64,000 nucleotides of DNA, taken from positions 124,001 to 188,000 of the IMG/VR virus record IMGVR_UViG_3300027793_000052, one strand, 5' to 3'. Position numbers and translations under genes: made by a program. This document shows positions 18,300 to 27,636 of the stretch, one piece after another. The first letter of the stretch is position 1. Each line of letters opens with the position of its first letter. The notes under the pieces were generated by a model. That model saw only the letters and a program-made list of their open reading frames with translations. It was not told the origin of the DNA and searched no databases.

Positions 18300-20069
18300 A
18301 TGGGATATTTATTAAAATCAGGTGAGGTTGGTAATATCGGATTAAAGCATCAAAAAGCAATCCGTGAGGCAACTGTAAACAAATGGGAATCTTTAGGGTT
18401 CTTAGAGGGTCTTGAAGGCCACATCAGAGAAAACATCGCTTTGTTATATGAAAACCAAGCATCAACTCTTATCAGTGAAACATCTACTGCAGGTGGAGGA
18501 TCTACTGGATCTTTTGAAACTGTAGTGTTTCCAATCGTAAGACGTGTATTCTCTAAATTATTAGCTAACGATATCGTATCGGTTCAAGCTTTAAATTTAC
18601 CAATCGGTAAATTATTCTACTTCGTTCCAAAAACGTCTGATAGAGTTGATGACGCAGCTTTCTTAGCTGGTACAAACGGTGGTACATCTAAACATAGAGG
18701 TTTAGCTATCGCTAGTTGTGTTAACTGTCCTGAATCTACATTTAGTGGTTGTACTAAAAACCTTTATGATATTTTCTATAACGATGGATTATACGATCAA
18801 TCAAAAGGTGAAATTACTCTTAAAGTTGTTTCTGGTACAGCAGTTGTATTAACAGCTTGTACAAGTGGAAGTGAATATGTAGCAGGAAAAACTCCAGCAG
18901 CTTCTGATGGTTCATTACGTTACCAAAAATTTGAAGTTAAAGGTTTTAGCAGTACAGCTCCTGGACGTTTAGTAGGTCCTGATGGAAATGAAATGGATAC
19001 AGAATCTTTCTTAGCTTCATTAACAGTTGTAGCTGGTACTCAAGTATTAGATCCTTCTGGAAATGTAATTTTCAATCAAGGTGACCAAATTCCTTTCCGT
19101 TTAGTAACTCAAAAATACGGTAGAGGTATTGTTGACTACGGTGATATTTGTTCAGCAGATGGTAAATTGTATATTGAATTAGATTTCACAAGTCCAAATT
19201 GTGTTTCTTGTTCAACTAAAACATTTGATGGATATATCGGGGCTAATTATACAGGAACTTCTGTAACATCAGCATCTTTCGTAGCTATCGCTTGGAGACA
19301 ATACGCTGATTTAGAAGCTGAATCTAACATGGGTGAAGTTTCTTTTGAACTTGAATCTGTAACTGTATCGGTTACTGAACGTAAGTTAAGAGCTACTTGG
19401 ACTCCTGAATTAGCACAAGACGTTAGTGCATTCCACAACATCGATGCTGAAGCTGAATTAACAGCATTATTATCTGAGCAAGTTGCGGCTGAAATTGACC
19501 GTGAAATCTTAATGGATTTACGTAAAGGTGCAGCATGGCAATTACGTTGGGATTACAACGGATGGAAGCGTTTACCAAACAACAATGGTTACACTCAAAA
19601 AGATTGGAACCAAACTTTGATGACGGCTGTCAACCAAATCTCAGCTCAAATCCACAAATCTACGTTAAGAGGTGGAGCTAACTTCGTTGTTGTATCTTCT
19701 GAGGTATCAGCAGTATTAGACGATTTAGAATACTTCCACGTATCTAACGCAGCTCCTGAGCAAGACCAATATAACATGGGTATTGAAAGAGTAGGTTCAT
19801 TAAATGGTCGTTACACTGTTTACCGTGACCCATACGCTCCAGCGTACTCTGTTATCATCGGACATAAAGGTAAGTCATTACTTGACACTGGTTACATCTA
19901 CGCTCCGTATGTACCAATGCAGTTGACTCCTACAATGTACAATCCGTTCAACTTCGTACCAGTAAAGGGTATAATGACACGTTACGCCAAAAAAATGGTT
20001 AATAATCGCTTCTATGGCCATATTCGTGTAGATGGATTACGTACATTCGACGTAAGAGAATTACGTTAA
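18300..20069 (+). CDS. Major capsid protein (T4 gp23-like)
   Basis: FPIVRRVFSKLLANDIVSVQ, RKLRATWTPELAQD..AFHNIDAEAEL..LSEQVAAEIDREI, GYIYAPYVP, GIMTRYA. Confidence 0.96.
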   Translation: MGYLLKSGEVGNIGLKHQKAIREATVNKWESLGFLEGLEGHIRENIALLYENQASTLISETSTAGGGSTGSFETVVFPIVRRVFSKLLANDIVSVQALNLPIGKLFYFVPKTSDRVDDAAFLAGTNGGTSKHRGLAIASCVNCPESTFSGCTKNLYDIFYNDGLYDQSKGEITLKVVSGTAVVLTACTSGSEYVAGKTPAASDGSLRYQKFEVKGFSSTAPGRLVGPDGNEMDTESFLASLTVVAGTQVLDPSGNVIFNQGDQIPFRLVTQKYGRGIVDYGDICSADGKLYIELDFTSPNCVSCSTKTFDGYIGANYTGTSVTSASFVAIAWRQYADLEAESNMGEVSFELESVTVSVTERKLRATWTPELAQDVSAFHNIDAEAELTALLSEQVAAEIDREILMDLRKGAAWQLRWDYNGWKRLPNNNGYTQKDWNQTLMTAVNQISAQIHKSTLRGGANFVVVSSEVSAVLDDLEYFHVSNAAPEQDQYNMGIERVGSLNGRYTVYRDPYAPAYSVIIGHKGKSLLDTGYIYAPYVPMQLTPTMYNPFNFVPVKGIMTRYAKKMVNNRFYGHIRVDGLRTFDVRELR

Positions 20070-20097
20070 TTAGTGTAAAAAACTAATATTCTAATAT

Positions 20098-20126
20098 AAA
20101 AGAGGGACAATTGTCCCTCTTTTTTT
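20098..20126 (+). terminator. Intrinsic terminator after the capsid gene
   Basis: Perfect palindrome aaaagagggacaattgtccctctttt plus a T-tract. Confidence 0.9.
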
Positions 20127-20152
20127 ATGTCTTATTAATACCATATAACCTA

Positions 20153-20181
20153 TTTACTTTAATACCTAATTATGGTATAAT
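20153..20181 (+). promoter_or_regulatory. Promoter for the Hef-like endonuclease
   Basis: TTTACT-N17-TATAAT with a TG extension, 8 nt before the ATG at 20189. Confidence 0.45.
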
Positions 20182-20188
20182 TATATTT

Positions 20189-21793
20189 ATGGAACAAGAT
20201 ATAGTCAAATTATATACAGAAGAAAAATTATCAATTAATCAAATATGTGAGTTATTACACGTAGGTAAACTAAAAGTTAAATCCATTTTAAGTAATAATG
20301 GTGTAAGTTTAAACAAAAAAGGCGGTAAGGTTAAACACGTATTGGTGGATGTTGATTACACTAAATATGATAATAAAATACTTAAATGTAAGAAAACAGG
20401 TAAAATCATAAAAGATGTTTTAAATAGATCGGGGTTTGTTGTTATACATTTAAAAAATGTCTACAACATTGAATTACCGTCCACCTTCAAAAGGAATATG
20501 GTAACAAAAACCACTGGTAAATTATGGTATGAAGATTATTTTGATGTAATGGATGATGTCACAGTTGAGAAAGAAAAATGGAATTGCCCTCTATGTGAAT
20601 GGTCTACTAATGACACTGAAAATAAAGGTGGTTTTATTACTAAACACATAAGACAACATGATTATAATAACATAAGAGAGTTTTTTGAATACCACCCAAA
20701 TGTACGTATTAATTTAAAAGAGGAAAAAATATTTTTAGATAACCCAAAGTCTTTTATAAATTGTAAAATATGTAACCAACCTTTTAGATCTATATCTAAT
20801 ACTCATTTAAAATCACATAACATTAGTTTAGAAGAATATAAAACTAAATACGGTGAGGTTTTTTCAGAAGATTTTAAAACCGAATGTAAAACATATTTAG
20901 ATGTCGGTAGAAATAATATAGAGAATAATTTCACCTCAAAACATCAAAAAGAAATATCGGAATACATACAAAGTTTAGGTGTTACTGTTATAAATAACCA
21001 CAAAAAATCTTTAAACGGTGTTGAAATAGATATATATGTTCCGGAACTAAAGATAGGTTTCGAGTATAACGGTTTATTTTGGCATTCAGAAAAAATGGGT
21101 AAAGACAAAAACTATCATTTAGATAAACAAAAACTAGCCAAAAGTCACGGTATAAAACTATATCACATTTTTTCTGATGAGTGGATTAAAAATTGTGATA
21201 TTGTTAAGAAAAAAATTAAACATATATTAAAGTTATCTGAAGAAAAATTATACGCAAGAAACTGTGTAATAAAAGAAATTAACTCAAAAGAAAAAGAGGA
21301 TTTTCTAAATAAAAATCACATACAGGGTGGTGATAAATCTAAATATAAGTTAGGTGCTTTCCATAAAGATGAATTAGTGGCTGTTATGACATTTTCTGAC
21401 TTAAGGAATGTTTTAGGTTCTAAAAAGGAAGATGGTGTTTATGAATTGGTAAGGTTTTCTTCTAAAAACGTGGTAGGTGTAGCCTCTAAAATGTTAAAAT
21501 ATTTTATTAGAAAACAACAACCTAAAAAAATAGTAAGTTATGCGGATAAAAGATGGACTTTAGATGGTAATTTATACGAAAAAATAGGGTTTAAGTTGGT
21601 ATCAGAGACAAAACCTAACTATTGGTACACAATAGGTGATAGTAAAAGATATCACAGGTATAATTTTAGAAAGGATATTTTGGTTAAAGAGGGGTATGAT
21701 AAGAATAAAACTGAAAAACAAATTATGATAGATATGGGGTATCTGTCAGTTTGGGATTGTGGTAACTACAAATACGAATTAAATATAGATTAA
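20189..21793 (+). CDS. Hef-like homing endonuclease: Zn fingers, PD-(D/E)xK (Vsr/DUF559-like) nuclease, GNAT-like C-terminal domain
   Basis: CPLC..HIRQH, CKIC..HLKSH, EIDIYVPELKIGFEYNGLFWHS, YELVRF..GVASKML..SYADKRW..GNLYEKIGF. Start taken at ATG 20189 because the tracked TTG start lies in the terminator. Confidence 0.72.
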   Translation: MEQDIVKLYTEEKLSINQICELLHVGKLKVKSILSNNGVSLNKKGGKVKHVLVDVDYTKYDNKILKCKKTGKIIKDVLNRSGFVVIHLKNVYNIELPSTFKRNMVTKTTGKLWYEDYFDVMDDVTVEKEKWNCPLCEWSTNDTENKGGFITKHIRQHDYNNIREFFEYHPNVRINLKEEKIFLDNPKSFINCKICNQPFRSISNTHLKSHNISLEEYKTKYGEVFSEDFKTECKTYLDVGRNNIENNFTSKHQKEISEYIQSLGVTVINNHKKSLNGVEIDIYVPELKIGFEYNGLFWHSEKMGKDKNYHLDKQKLAKSHGIKLYHIFSDEWIKNCDIVKKKIKHILKLSEEKLYARNCVIKEINSKEKEDFLNKNHIQGGDKSKYKLGAFHKDELVAVMTFSDLRNVLGSKKEDGVYELVRFSSKNVVGVASKMLKYFIRKQQPKKIVSYADKRWTLDGNLYEKIGFKLVSETKPNYWYTIGDSKRYHRYNFRKDILVKEGYDKNKTEKQIMIDMGYLSVWDCGNYKYELNID

Positions 21794-21826
21794 AGAATAC
21801 CCAAAAAGATAATATTTATATAACAC

Positions 21827-22672
21827 ATGAGAGAATTAATTAAGAAAATATTAAAAGAGGCACGTGTACCTAGGGAAGAAAGGGTGGAACTATATAAGGA
21901 CGATAATATAATTGTTGTTGTTCCACTAACTCATAAAGCCTTACAAAAGTACGCAAACCAATGTCAATGGTGTATTAATAGTGATTTAGGTGAATGGGAA
22001 GATTACCATAAAGGAATGCATGCTATAATCATCCAAAGAAATCCAAAAAAAGATAAAATCGGTATAACAGGACATCGTGTGGCTGAAGAGATTTTACTTA
22101 TGGGCAGGTGGGATGAAGGTGGTTACACTTTTAAAGATGTTTGTGATATATTAGGTTATCAATTTAAAAATGAAACCGATATGGGTGATTATTATGTAAC
22201 AGTTACAAATGACATAAATAACTTCGCGACCAATATAGTTTATTACTCACCAGAAAATGGTATATACGACCAAGAAGATAATTTCTTATGGAACTTTCAT
22301 TACGAAATATCTGATATACCAAACGTAACACCAAATGTTGTCCATATTATGGATGATTATCTTTGGAGAAGTTCCTCATTAAAAGAATCAGAAGACGGTT
22401 TTGATTGGGCTAAAGAATTAATTGATGCTGATGGTATTAATACTGAGGTTTTAAATTATTTAAAAACAAATTATCCAAAAAAAACCGAATCAACGCCTTA
22501 TTTTGGGTTAAAATCTTTTATCATAATTGATGATAAACCATATTATTTTGATTATAGCTCCAAAAAATTAATATTAAATAAAATATATTGGGAGATTGAG
22601 GATGAATTTAACCATGTAGTTAAAAGTGTTTTAAGACGTACAATTAGACATTATATCAATAGTCTAATCTAA
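21827..22672 (+). CDS. PcfJ-like domain protein with tagged N-terminus
   Basis: YKDDNIIVVVPLTHKALQKYANQCQWCINS; starts MRELIKKILKE. Confidence 0.65.
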   Translation: MRELIKKILKEARVPREERVELYKDDNIIVVVPLTHKALQKYANQCQWCINSDLGEWEDYHKGMHAIIIQRNPKKDKIGITGHRVAEEILLMGRWDEGGYTFKDVCDILGYQFKNETDMGDYYVTVTNDINNFATNIVYYSPENGIYDQEDNFLWNFHYEISDIPNVTPNVVHIMDDYLWRSSSLKESEDGFDWAKELIDADGINTEVLNYLKTNYPKKTESTPYFGLKSFIIIDDKPYYFDYSSKKLILNKIYWEIEDEFNHVVKSVLRRTIRHYINSLI

Positions 22673-22924
22673 GAAATCATCATCATAATCATCATTCCAT
22701 TTATCACGTTGAATATCATCTCTATATGATTTCATGTTTGCCAAATCAACTGATACCCTTCTTAATTCATCATTAAGAATTTTAATATCTTCCATTTTTT
22801 CTGAAAAAAGTTCATAACCAAAATCAATTAATTCTTTTTCGGTTTGGGATAAATCTTCTATGCTAATAGATATTTTATCCGCCATTAATTTTATATATTG
22901 TTCCTTAAGTGATTTGATTTCCAT
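22664..22924 (-). CDS. Hypothetical coiled-coil protein
   Basis: 86-aa ORF with a TACCTTTG -7 box upstream. Confidence 0.6.
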   Translation of the reverse strand: MEIKSLKEQYIKLMADKISISIEDLSQTEKELIDFGYELFSEKMEDIKILNDELRRVSVDLANMKSYRDDIQRDKWNDDYDDDFLD

Positions 22925-22943
22925 AAAACAAAGGTAATAAAAA

Positions 22944-23273
22944 TTATTTTAAGAAATTAAATTTGTTTAAACCTTTTTTAATATCTAAAGGATTTCTCTG
23001 TAGGTCCAAAAGAATTTCATCCAATTCTTCTATTGTTAAATAAATTATGGGTTCTTCCCATAAATTTATGGCCCATATTTCATAAGTACCAATTTTATCA
23101 TCCATTGGATTGATGTTGTAAGGGTTTTTATATGGTCCCACAATAGAAACGGTACCGACTTTATCGATAAAAATTTTAGCATGACCACCAAAAAACATTG
23201 ATACCGGATGTGGTTCAAATTTTAAATCTTTAAATGTTATTGGTTTATTTCTATCCATTCGTTTCCGTCCCAA
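22944..23273 (-). CDS. Hypothetical protein
   Basis: 109-aa ORF. Confidence 0.55.
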   Translation of the reverse strand: MGRKRMDRNKPITFKDLKFEPHPVSMFFGGHAKIFIDKVGTVSIVGPYKNPYNINPMDDKIGTYEIWAINLWEEPIIYLTIEELDEILLDLQRNPLDIKKGLNKFNFLK

Positions 23274-23545
23274 TAATTTAACCTTCTTGTTTCTATATTA
23301 AATATTACCGAACCTAAAGCTCTAATTTGACCTTGTGTAAAAATATTACCACCATTACCCACAATCATAGTGGTGGTTAATCCGTCATTAATGGTAAAAG
23401 CATTGCCCATATTGTGGTTTAATATCTGACCTTCAGTCGCTAAACCTACAGCTACCAAATCATCAAATAGATTGTTAGTTTCTTCAAACTCAAAAATACT
23501 GTTTTTTTTAATAAAATGGAATTTTTTTAATTTCTTATTTACCAT
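23237..23545 (-). CDS. Hypothetical protein with a tail-fibre-like C-terminal motif
   Basis: GSVIFNIETRRLNYWDGNEW resembles the recurrent G-x-x-x-FN-x(5)-Y-x-G-x-x-W fibre motif. Confidence 0.45.
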   Translation of the reverse strand: MVNKKLKKFHFIKKNSIFEFEETNNLFDDLVAVGLATEGQILNHNMGNAFTINDGLTTTMIVGNGGNIFTQGQIRALGSVIFNIETRRLNYWDGNEWIEINQ

Positions 23546-23557
23546 GTTTTAACAATA

Positions 23558-23591
23558 AAAAAGGTGATGTTAATGTAAACACCACCTTTTT
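23558..23591 (-). terminator. Intrinsic terminator
   Basis: aaaaaggtg...caccttttt imperfect stem. Confidence 0.65.
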
Positions 23592-23605
23592 AAAACACAT
23601 AAAGA

Positions 23606-24367
23606 TTATCCATTATATACGTCATCTTTAATACCTTTTTCACGGGCCAATTCTTTGTTAGATTTACCTTTTAGGGTTGTATTAATAACTGTCATAACTT
23701 CAGATGGTATAATTGTCATTAAGTCCATCATGTTGACAGCATTAAGTTTAATATCTTTGGAATCCCATATAGTTGTAGCCTCATTACTTGTGGATTTAGA
23801 TTTGTCATGATGAAAAGCCACCTTGGAATAAATTTTATCACGAGTTTCTTCTTCTTTAACACGTTTATCAATGAAAAATACTAAAACACCATTTTCAGTA
23901 TATTGATTAAAATACTTTTTAAAATCATTTTGATCTGAAGAAACACACCATTTTGTTGATTTACCGTAAATATTAGAAGAACGAGAAGTTAATGGTTGTA
24001 ACACTAAAAAGTTATCATCTTCAAACAAAGATAATGTTTCATGTTTTTTAACATGACTTTTTGTTACTTTTTCACGAGCCAATTTAATAGTGTCAACAAT
24101 TTCTTGATTGGACGGATAAGAATAAATGTCTTTATTTTCCAATAAATTTTTATTGGATAATTCTTCGAATTCTTTTACAATATCAAACATTTCTTTGAAT
24201 GTATTGTTTTTTAATTCTTCTTTTAACCAATCAACCCAATTTTCAGTTTGTTTAACCATAAAAGGTAAATACTTATTTGTAGAAGAAGGATCGTTTTCAG
24301 CCAAAAGTTCAATCAAATCGATTGTAAATTTAGGATTTTGTTCTTTAAGGTCTTTTTTCTTAGCCAT
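23606..24367 (-). CDS. PcfJ-like domain protein
   Basis: NDPSSTNKYLPFM, KDIYSY, FEDDNFLVLQPLTSRSSNIYGKSTKWCVSS; likely start ATG 24367. Confidence 0.65.
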   Translation of the reverse strand: MAKKKDLKEQNPKFTIDLIELLAENDPSSTNKYLPFMVKQTENWVDWLKEELKNNTFKEMFDIVKEFEELSNKNLLENKDIYSYPSNQEIVDTIKLAREKVTKSHVKKHETLSLFEDDNFLVLQPLTSRSSNIYGKSTKWCVSSDQNDFKKYFNQYTENGVLVFFIDKRVKEEETRDKIYSKVAFHHDKSKSTSNEATTIWDSKDIKLNAVNMMDLMTIIPSEVMTVINTTLKGKSNKELAREKGIKDDVYNG

Positions 24368-24422
24368 ATTTAAACTATTTAATATCTTTAATTGTTTTGT
24401 AAAATTAATAATTTTTTTAAAA

Positions 24423-24773
24423 TCAATCAACTTTTATGAAAAAAATTTCATCAGGAAAACCACCAAAAATAAATTTAGTTACATCACATAACCAAAGTTC
24501 TTTATCCAAATCAACACCCATATGAGATTTTAAAAAATAAAATGAACCATTACCATATTCTGTGGCTTCTCTAATTAATTTTAATTTACTACCACCTTCT
24601 ATTTCTTTAACAGATAAAAGTAAACTAACACTGTCATTACCTTCTGATATGTAATCCAACATGTCATCAGCACCCTCAACCATTTCCAAATCTGCTTTAT
24701 CACCCGGCCATTCAGGTAAATCAATATACCACCTATTACTTGGTTCTTTATAAAATCTGAATATCTTTTCCAT
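24423..24773 (-). CDS. DUF6717-like protein
   Basis: RWYIDLPEWPGDKADLEMVEGADDMLD...LWLCDVTKFIFGGFP; start at 24773 follows the Bacteroidota-type promoter. Confidence 0.65.
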   Translation of the reverse strand: MEKIFRFYKEPSNRWYIDLPEWPGDKADLEMVEGADDMLDYISEGNDSVSLLLSVKEIEGGSKLKLIREATEYGNGSFYFLKSHMGVDLDKELWLCDVTKFIFGGFPDEIFFIKVD

Positions 24774-24780
24774 AATGACA

Positions 24781-24811
24781 CAAAGATACAGATTTTTTCT
24801 TAACATACAAA
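24781..24811 (-). promoter_or_regulatory. Bacteroidota-type primary sigma promoter
   Basis: Minus strand reads TTTG-N19-TATCTTTG, an exact match to TTTG-N19-21-TAnnTTTG. Confidence 0.75.
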
Positions 24812-24835
24812 TATTTATATAAAAAACATTTTATT

Positions 24836-25780
24836 ATGAATAACACATTAACTTTAAAAGAACAAAAATTATTTGAGTCTTTAGTGTTGGAAACTAATGG
24901 TTTACTAACTGAAAATATATTTCATGAAATTACTAATTTAATCAAAAAAAAGATATCACCTGAAAAGGCTGAAACAATTAAACAAGAGTTATCAGATGGT
25001 CTGGGTATTGATGAAAATTCTTCTAAAGAAGATATTCAGGATATTCTTATTAAAAAAACTGGTGGTGATGCTAGTTTATTAAAGAAAATTTTAAGAGAAT
25101 TCCTTAGTTTAACAACATCTATTTTATTATCGGATTTAATGAGATATATTGAAGCAGTTACCATTTATTTAACCGACTTTAATCCATTTGTTATTTTAGC
25201 TGTAATCATATCTTGGATTTTTAGTAGTACTAAAACTTACGAAAAGTATCGTAGAAAAGTTTTAGGACCAAAAATAGATAAATTTTTAAATGGCAAAAAA
25301 GTTTATTTAGGTGATTATGATGATAAAGATAATAAAGGTATGAAAGAAAATATGAAACTAAAAAAGGTGATCAAATTAACAGAGAACGATATAGAAAAAT
25401 TAGTAAAGAAAATTATTAAGGAAGAAGAGAATAATCAACCTGAACAAAAACAGGAAAAACAAGTTTCCTTATTAAGAACAAATAATGGTGAGTTATCAAC
25501 AATAGATGGTATTGTTAGGTCTATTCAACAAGCTAAGATGGCTTTTGAAGATTTATGTAACTCTAAGTTAACAGGGCAAGATGGTTACTCTAAAGAGATT
25601 GATGGGATAGTTAATGATTTCACTAAGTTGGAGGATAAGGTTAGAAAATCTAAAGAAACTGTTGGTAAATTTGTTCAACAAAAAAGTAAAGAAGACCATA
25701 TGAGACATCAAAAACAGAAACAGATGGATTATATGAGGAAGAAAGAAGAAGCTGTTGAAAAAGGTAGATTCTACGCATAA
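24836..25780 (+). CDS. Two-module hypothetical protein (N-terminal membrane-associated module plus tagged C-terminal module)
   Basis: Hydrophobic FVILAVIISWIF segment; internal MKLKKVIKLTENDIEKLVKKIIKE at 25352. Confidence 0.6.
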   Translation: MNNTLTLKEQKLFESLVLETNGLLTENIFHEITNLIKKKISPEKAETIKQELSDGLGIDENSSKEDIQDILIKKTGGDASLLKKILREFLSLTTSILLSDLMRYIEAVTIYLTDFNPFVILAVIISWIFSSTKTYEKYRRKVLGPKIDKFLNGKKVYLGDYDDKDNKGMKENMKLKKVIKLTENDIEKLVKKIIKEEENNQPEQKQEKQVSLLRTNNGELSTIDGIVRSIQQAKMAFEDLCNSKLTGQDGYSKEIDGIVNDFTKLEDKVRKSKETVGKFVQQKSKEDHMRHQKQKQMDYMRKKEEAVEKGRFYA

Positions 25781-25784
25781 AATT

Positions 25785-25811
25785 AAAAACCCCGAGAAAT
25801 CGGGGTTTTTT
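25785..25811. terminator. Bidirectional terminator at the strand switch
   Basis: aaaaaccccgagaaatcggggtttttt. Confidence 0.85.
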
Positions 25812-26089
25812 TATTTATTAAATTTCTTTTCTAAAAACTTATAGATAACACCTTTATTGTGTTTTTCGATTAAATTTGTTTTATGTACATGTAAATCGTA
25901 CAACTCCTTACAATTATCATTAAGTTGTTTAATGGTTTCATATTCTTCATCAGTTAACATGATGTTAGTATTTATTTGTTCAGGATAAAATTTATCAGTG
26001 GATGGTACTAAATAACCACCCTTTGTAAATTTATATGGTTTTGTTTTAACCACATCTTCTTTTAATATTTTCTTAATTAAATCTTTCAT
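25811..26089 (-). CDS. Hypothetical tagged protein
   Basis: Likely start MKDLIKKILKE at 26089 (TAATG overlap). Confidence 0.6.
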   Translation of the reverse strand: MKDLIKKILKEDVVKTKPYKFTKGGYLVPSTDKFYPEQINTNIMLTDEEYETIKQLNDNCKELYDLHVHKTNLIEKHNKGVIYKFLEKKFNK

Positions 26090-27636
26090 TAACACCAATC
26101 TTTTTCTGAAACTACCTCAAAAGGTATTATATCACCATAAGTCCTAACTTCCCCACCAGATTCTATCTTAATTTCTATAAAATAATCATTAGGTATGAAC
26201 CAAGACGTATCAACTAAGAAGAAATTACCATCAGGTGTTCTACTAACTTCTTGCCAATCTATGTAATCTATTTGTATGTGACCACCTTCTTTGATGAATA
26301 TTCTATAATAAACCTTATCTAATAAAGCTGTTTGGTCGTATGTATAAGGTATACGTACATTAACGTTTACACGTCTAGTGTCACCTCTTTTGATTTTTTC
26401 TTTTCTTTTTATTCCAACAACATTAAAGTCGTAATCATATATTGACATGTTACTTGCTGAACCCACACCTAACCCATTGGCATTTGCACTGTTAGTGGAT
26501 CCAATTCTATAGTAATCTGTATCGTCTAATACAATAAAATCTAATTCTACGTTGCCTAAATTCTTAGTACCAACGGTAACGTCTTTCCATACATCACGGA
26601 ATTGTATGTTACCACAATATCCTGATGTCGGGTTATCGTCAACCGTTAAATTAATACAATAAACACCCCTAGTTATTTGGGTAATACCTGATGAAGGTAT
26701 TGTTGTAAATAAGTCGTCGTTTTGGTCATAGACATCTACACCACTAAACGTTGCATTAGTGTTTTGTCCACCAGCGTTAACATATAAACAAATATTGTTT
26801 GATTTATTTAAATAAAATTTATTTCTATCATCACTAATTCTATCATTCCATTTAGTTTCTAAGAACGGTTCAAACACCGTATTAGTTTCCCTACTAAAGA
26901 AACCTACATATTCAGCGTCTTCTAATGGAGCCTGTTCTAAAGATGGTTTAAATGCTAAACCTAAACCATAAGTTAAACCTGTATAACCACTTAAAATTAA
27001 ACCGTTAATATAATCTGTAATATCAATACATACATTTTCGTTACCAAAATTAAAATGTTGTGTCGCAATAATTAAATTTGTACCACCGCTACATATTGTA
27101 GTACCAGAGGTACCACTAGTGGTTGCTGACGCACACCAATTACTTGGGTCTGTGGCATAAACACCTTCATTGGACCAACATGTTGTAACGTCACCCCTAA
27201 CAAACCAATTTGCAGGTCCTTCACAATATACCTTATCACCTTCAGCACAAGAAACAATAGTTTGTGTATAATCATAACCATTTCCTTCACACCATGATTC
27301 TGGAACTTCAAACAATATTAACTCGAAACAAGTGGCTCTTTTAATGTCACCTACGCATGACGAAACTGTTTTACACAATTGTTCTTGGTCAAAACAAGAT
27401 GTGTTGGTCATTTTTAAAGTATGGGTCATTCCACTTACGTAAGGTATATCTTTAGAATTAACCCTTTTTAATATCTCATTAAAATTTAAATCAAATATAT
27501 ATCTTGAATATTTTACTTCCTCCGCTTTTAATGATCCACCATGAAATAATTCTACAATAGGGTTTCTACCTGTGTTAACATAAGAATCCCTAATTAAAGT
27601 GGTGTCTTTATCGAAATATGTTCTTAAAATTCCCAT
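26089..27636 (-). CDS. Putative virion structural protein, Cys- and Ser/Thr/Gly-rich
   Basis: Beta-rich 515 aa next to baseplate genes; GATATTTATA upstream. Confidence 0.55.
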   Translation of the reverse strand: MGILRTYFDKDTTLIRDSYVNTGRNPIVELFHGGSLKAEEVKYSRYIFDLNFNEILKRVNSKDIPYVSGMTHTLKMTNTSCFDQEQLCKTVSSCVGDIKRATCFELILFEVPESWCEGNGYDYTQTIVSCAEGDKVYCEGPANWFVRGDVTTCWSNEGVYATDPSNWCASATTSGTSGTTICSGGTNLIIATQHFNFGNENVCIDITDYINGLILSGYTGLTYGLGLAFKPSLEQAPLEDAEYVGFFSRETNTVFEPFLETKWNDRISDDRNKFYLNKSNNICLYVNAGGQNTNATFSGVDVYDQNDDLFTTIPSSGITQITRGVYCINLTVDDNPTSGYCGNIQFRDVWKDVTVGTKNLGNVELDFIVLDDTDYYRIGSTNSANANGLGVGSASNMSIYDYDFNVVGIKRKEKIKRGDTRRVNVNVRIPYTYDQTALLDKVYYRIFIKEGGHIQIDYIDWQEVSRTPDGNFFLVDTSWFIPNDYFIEIKIESGGEVRTYGDIIPFEVVSEKDWC

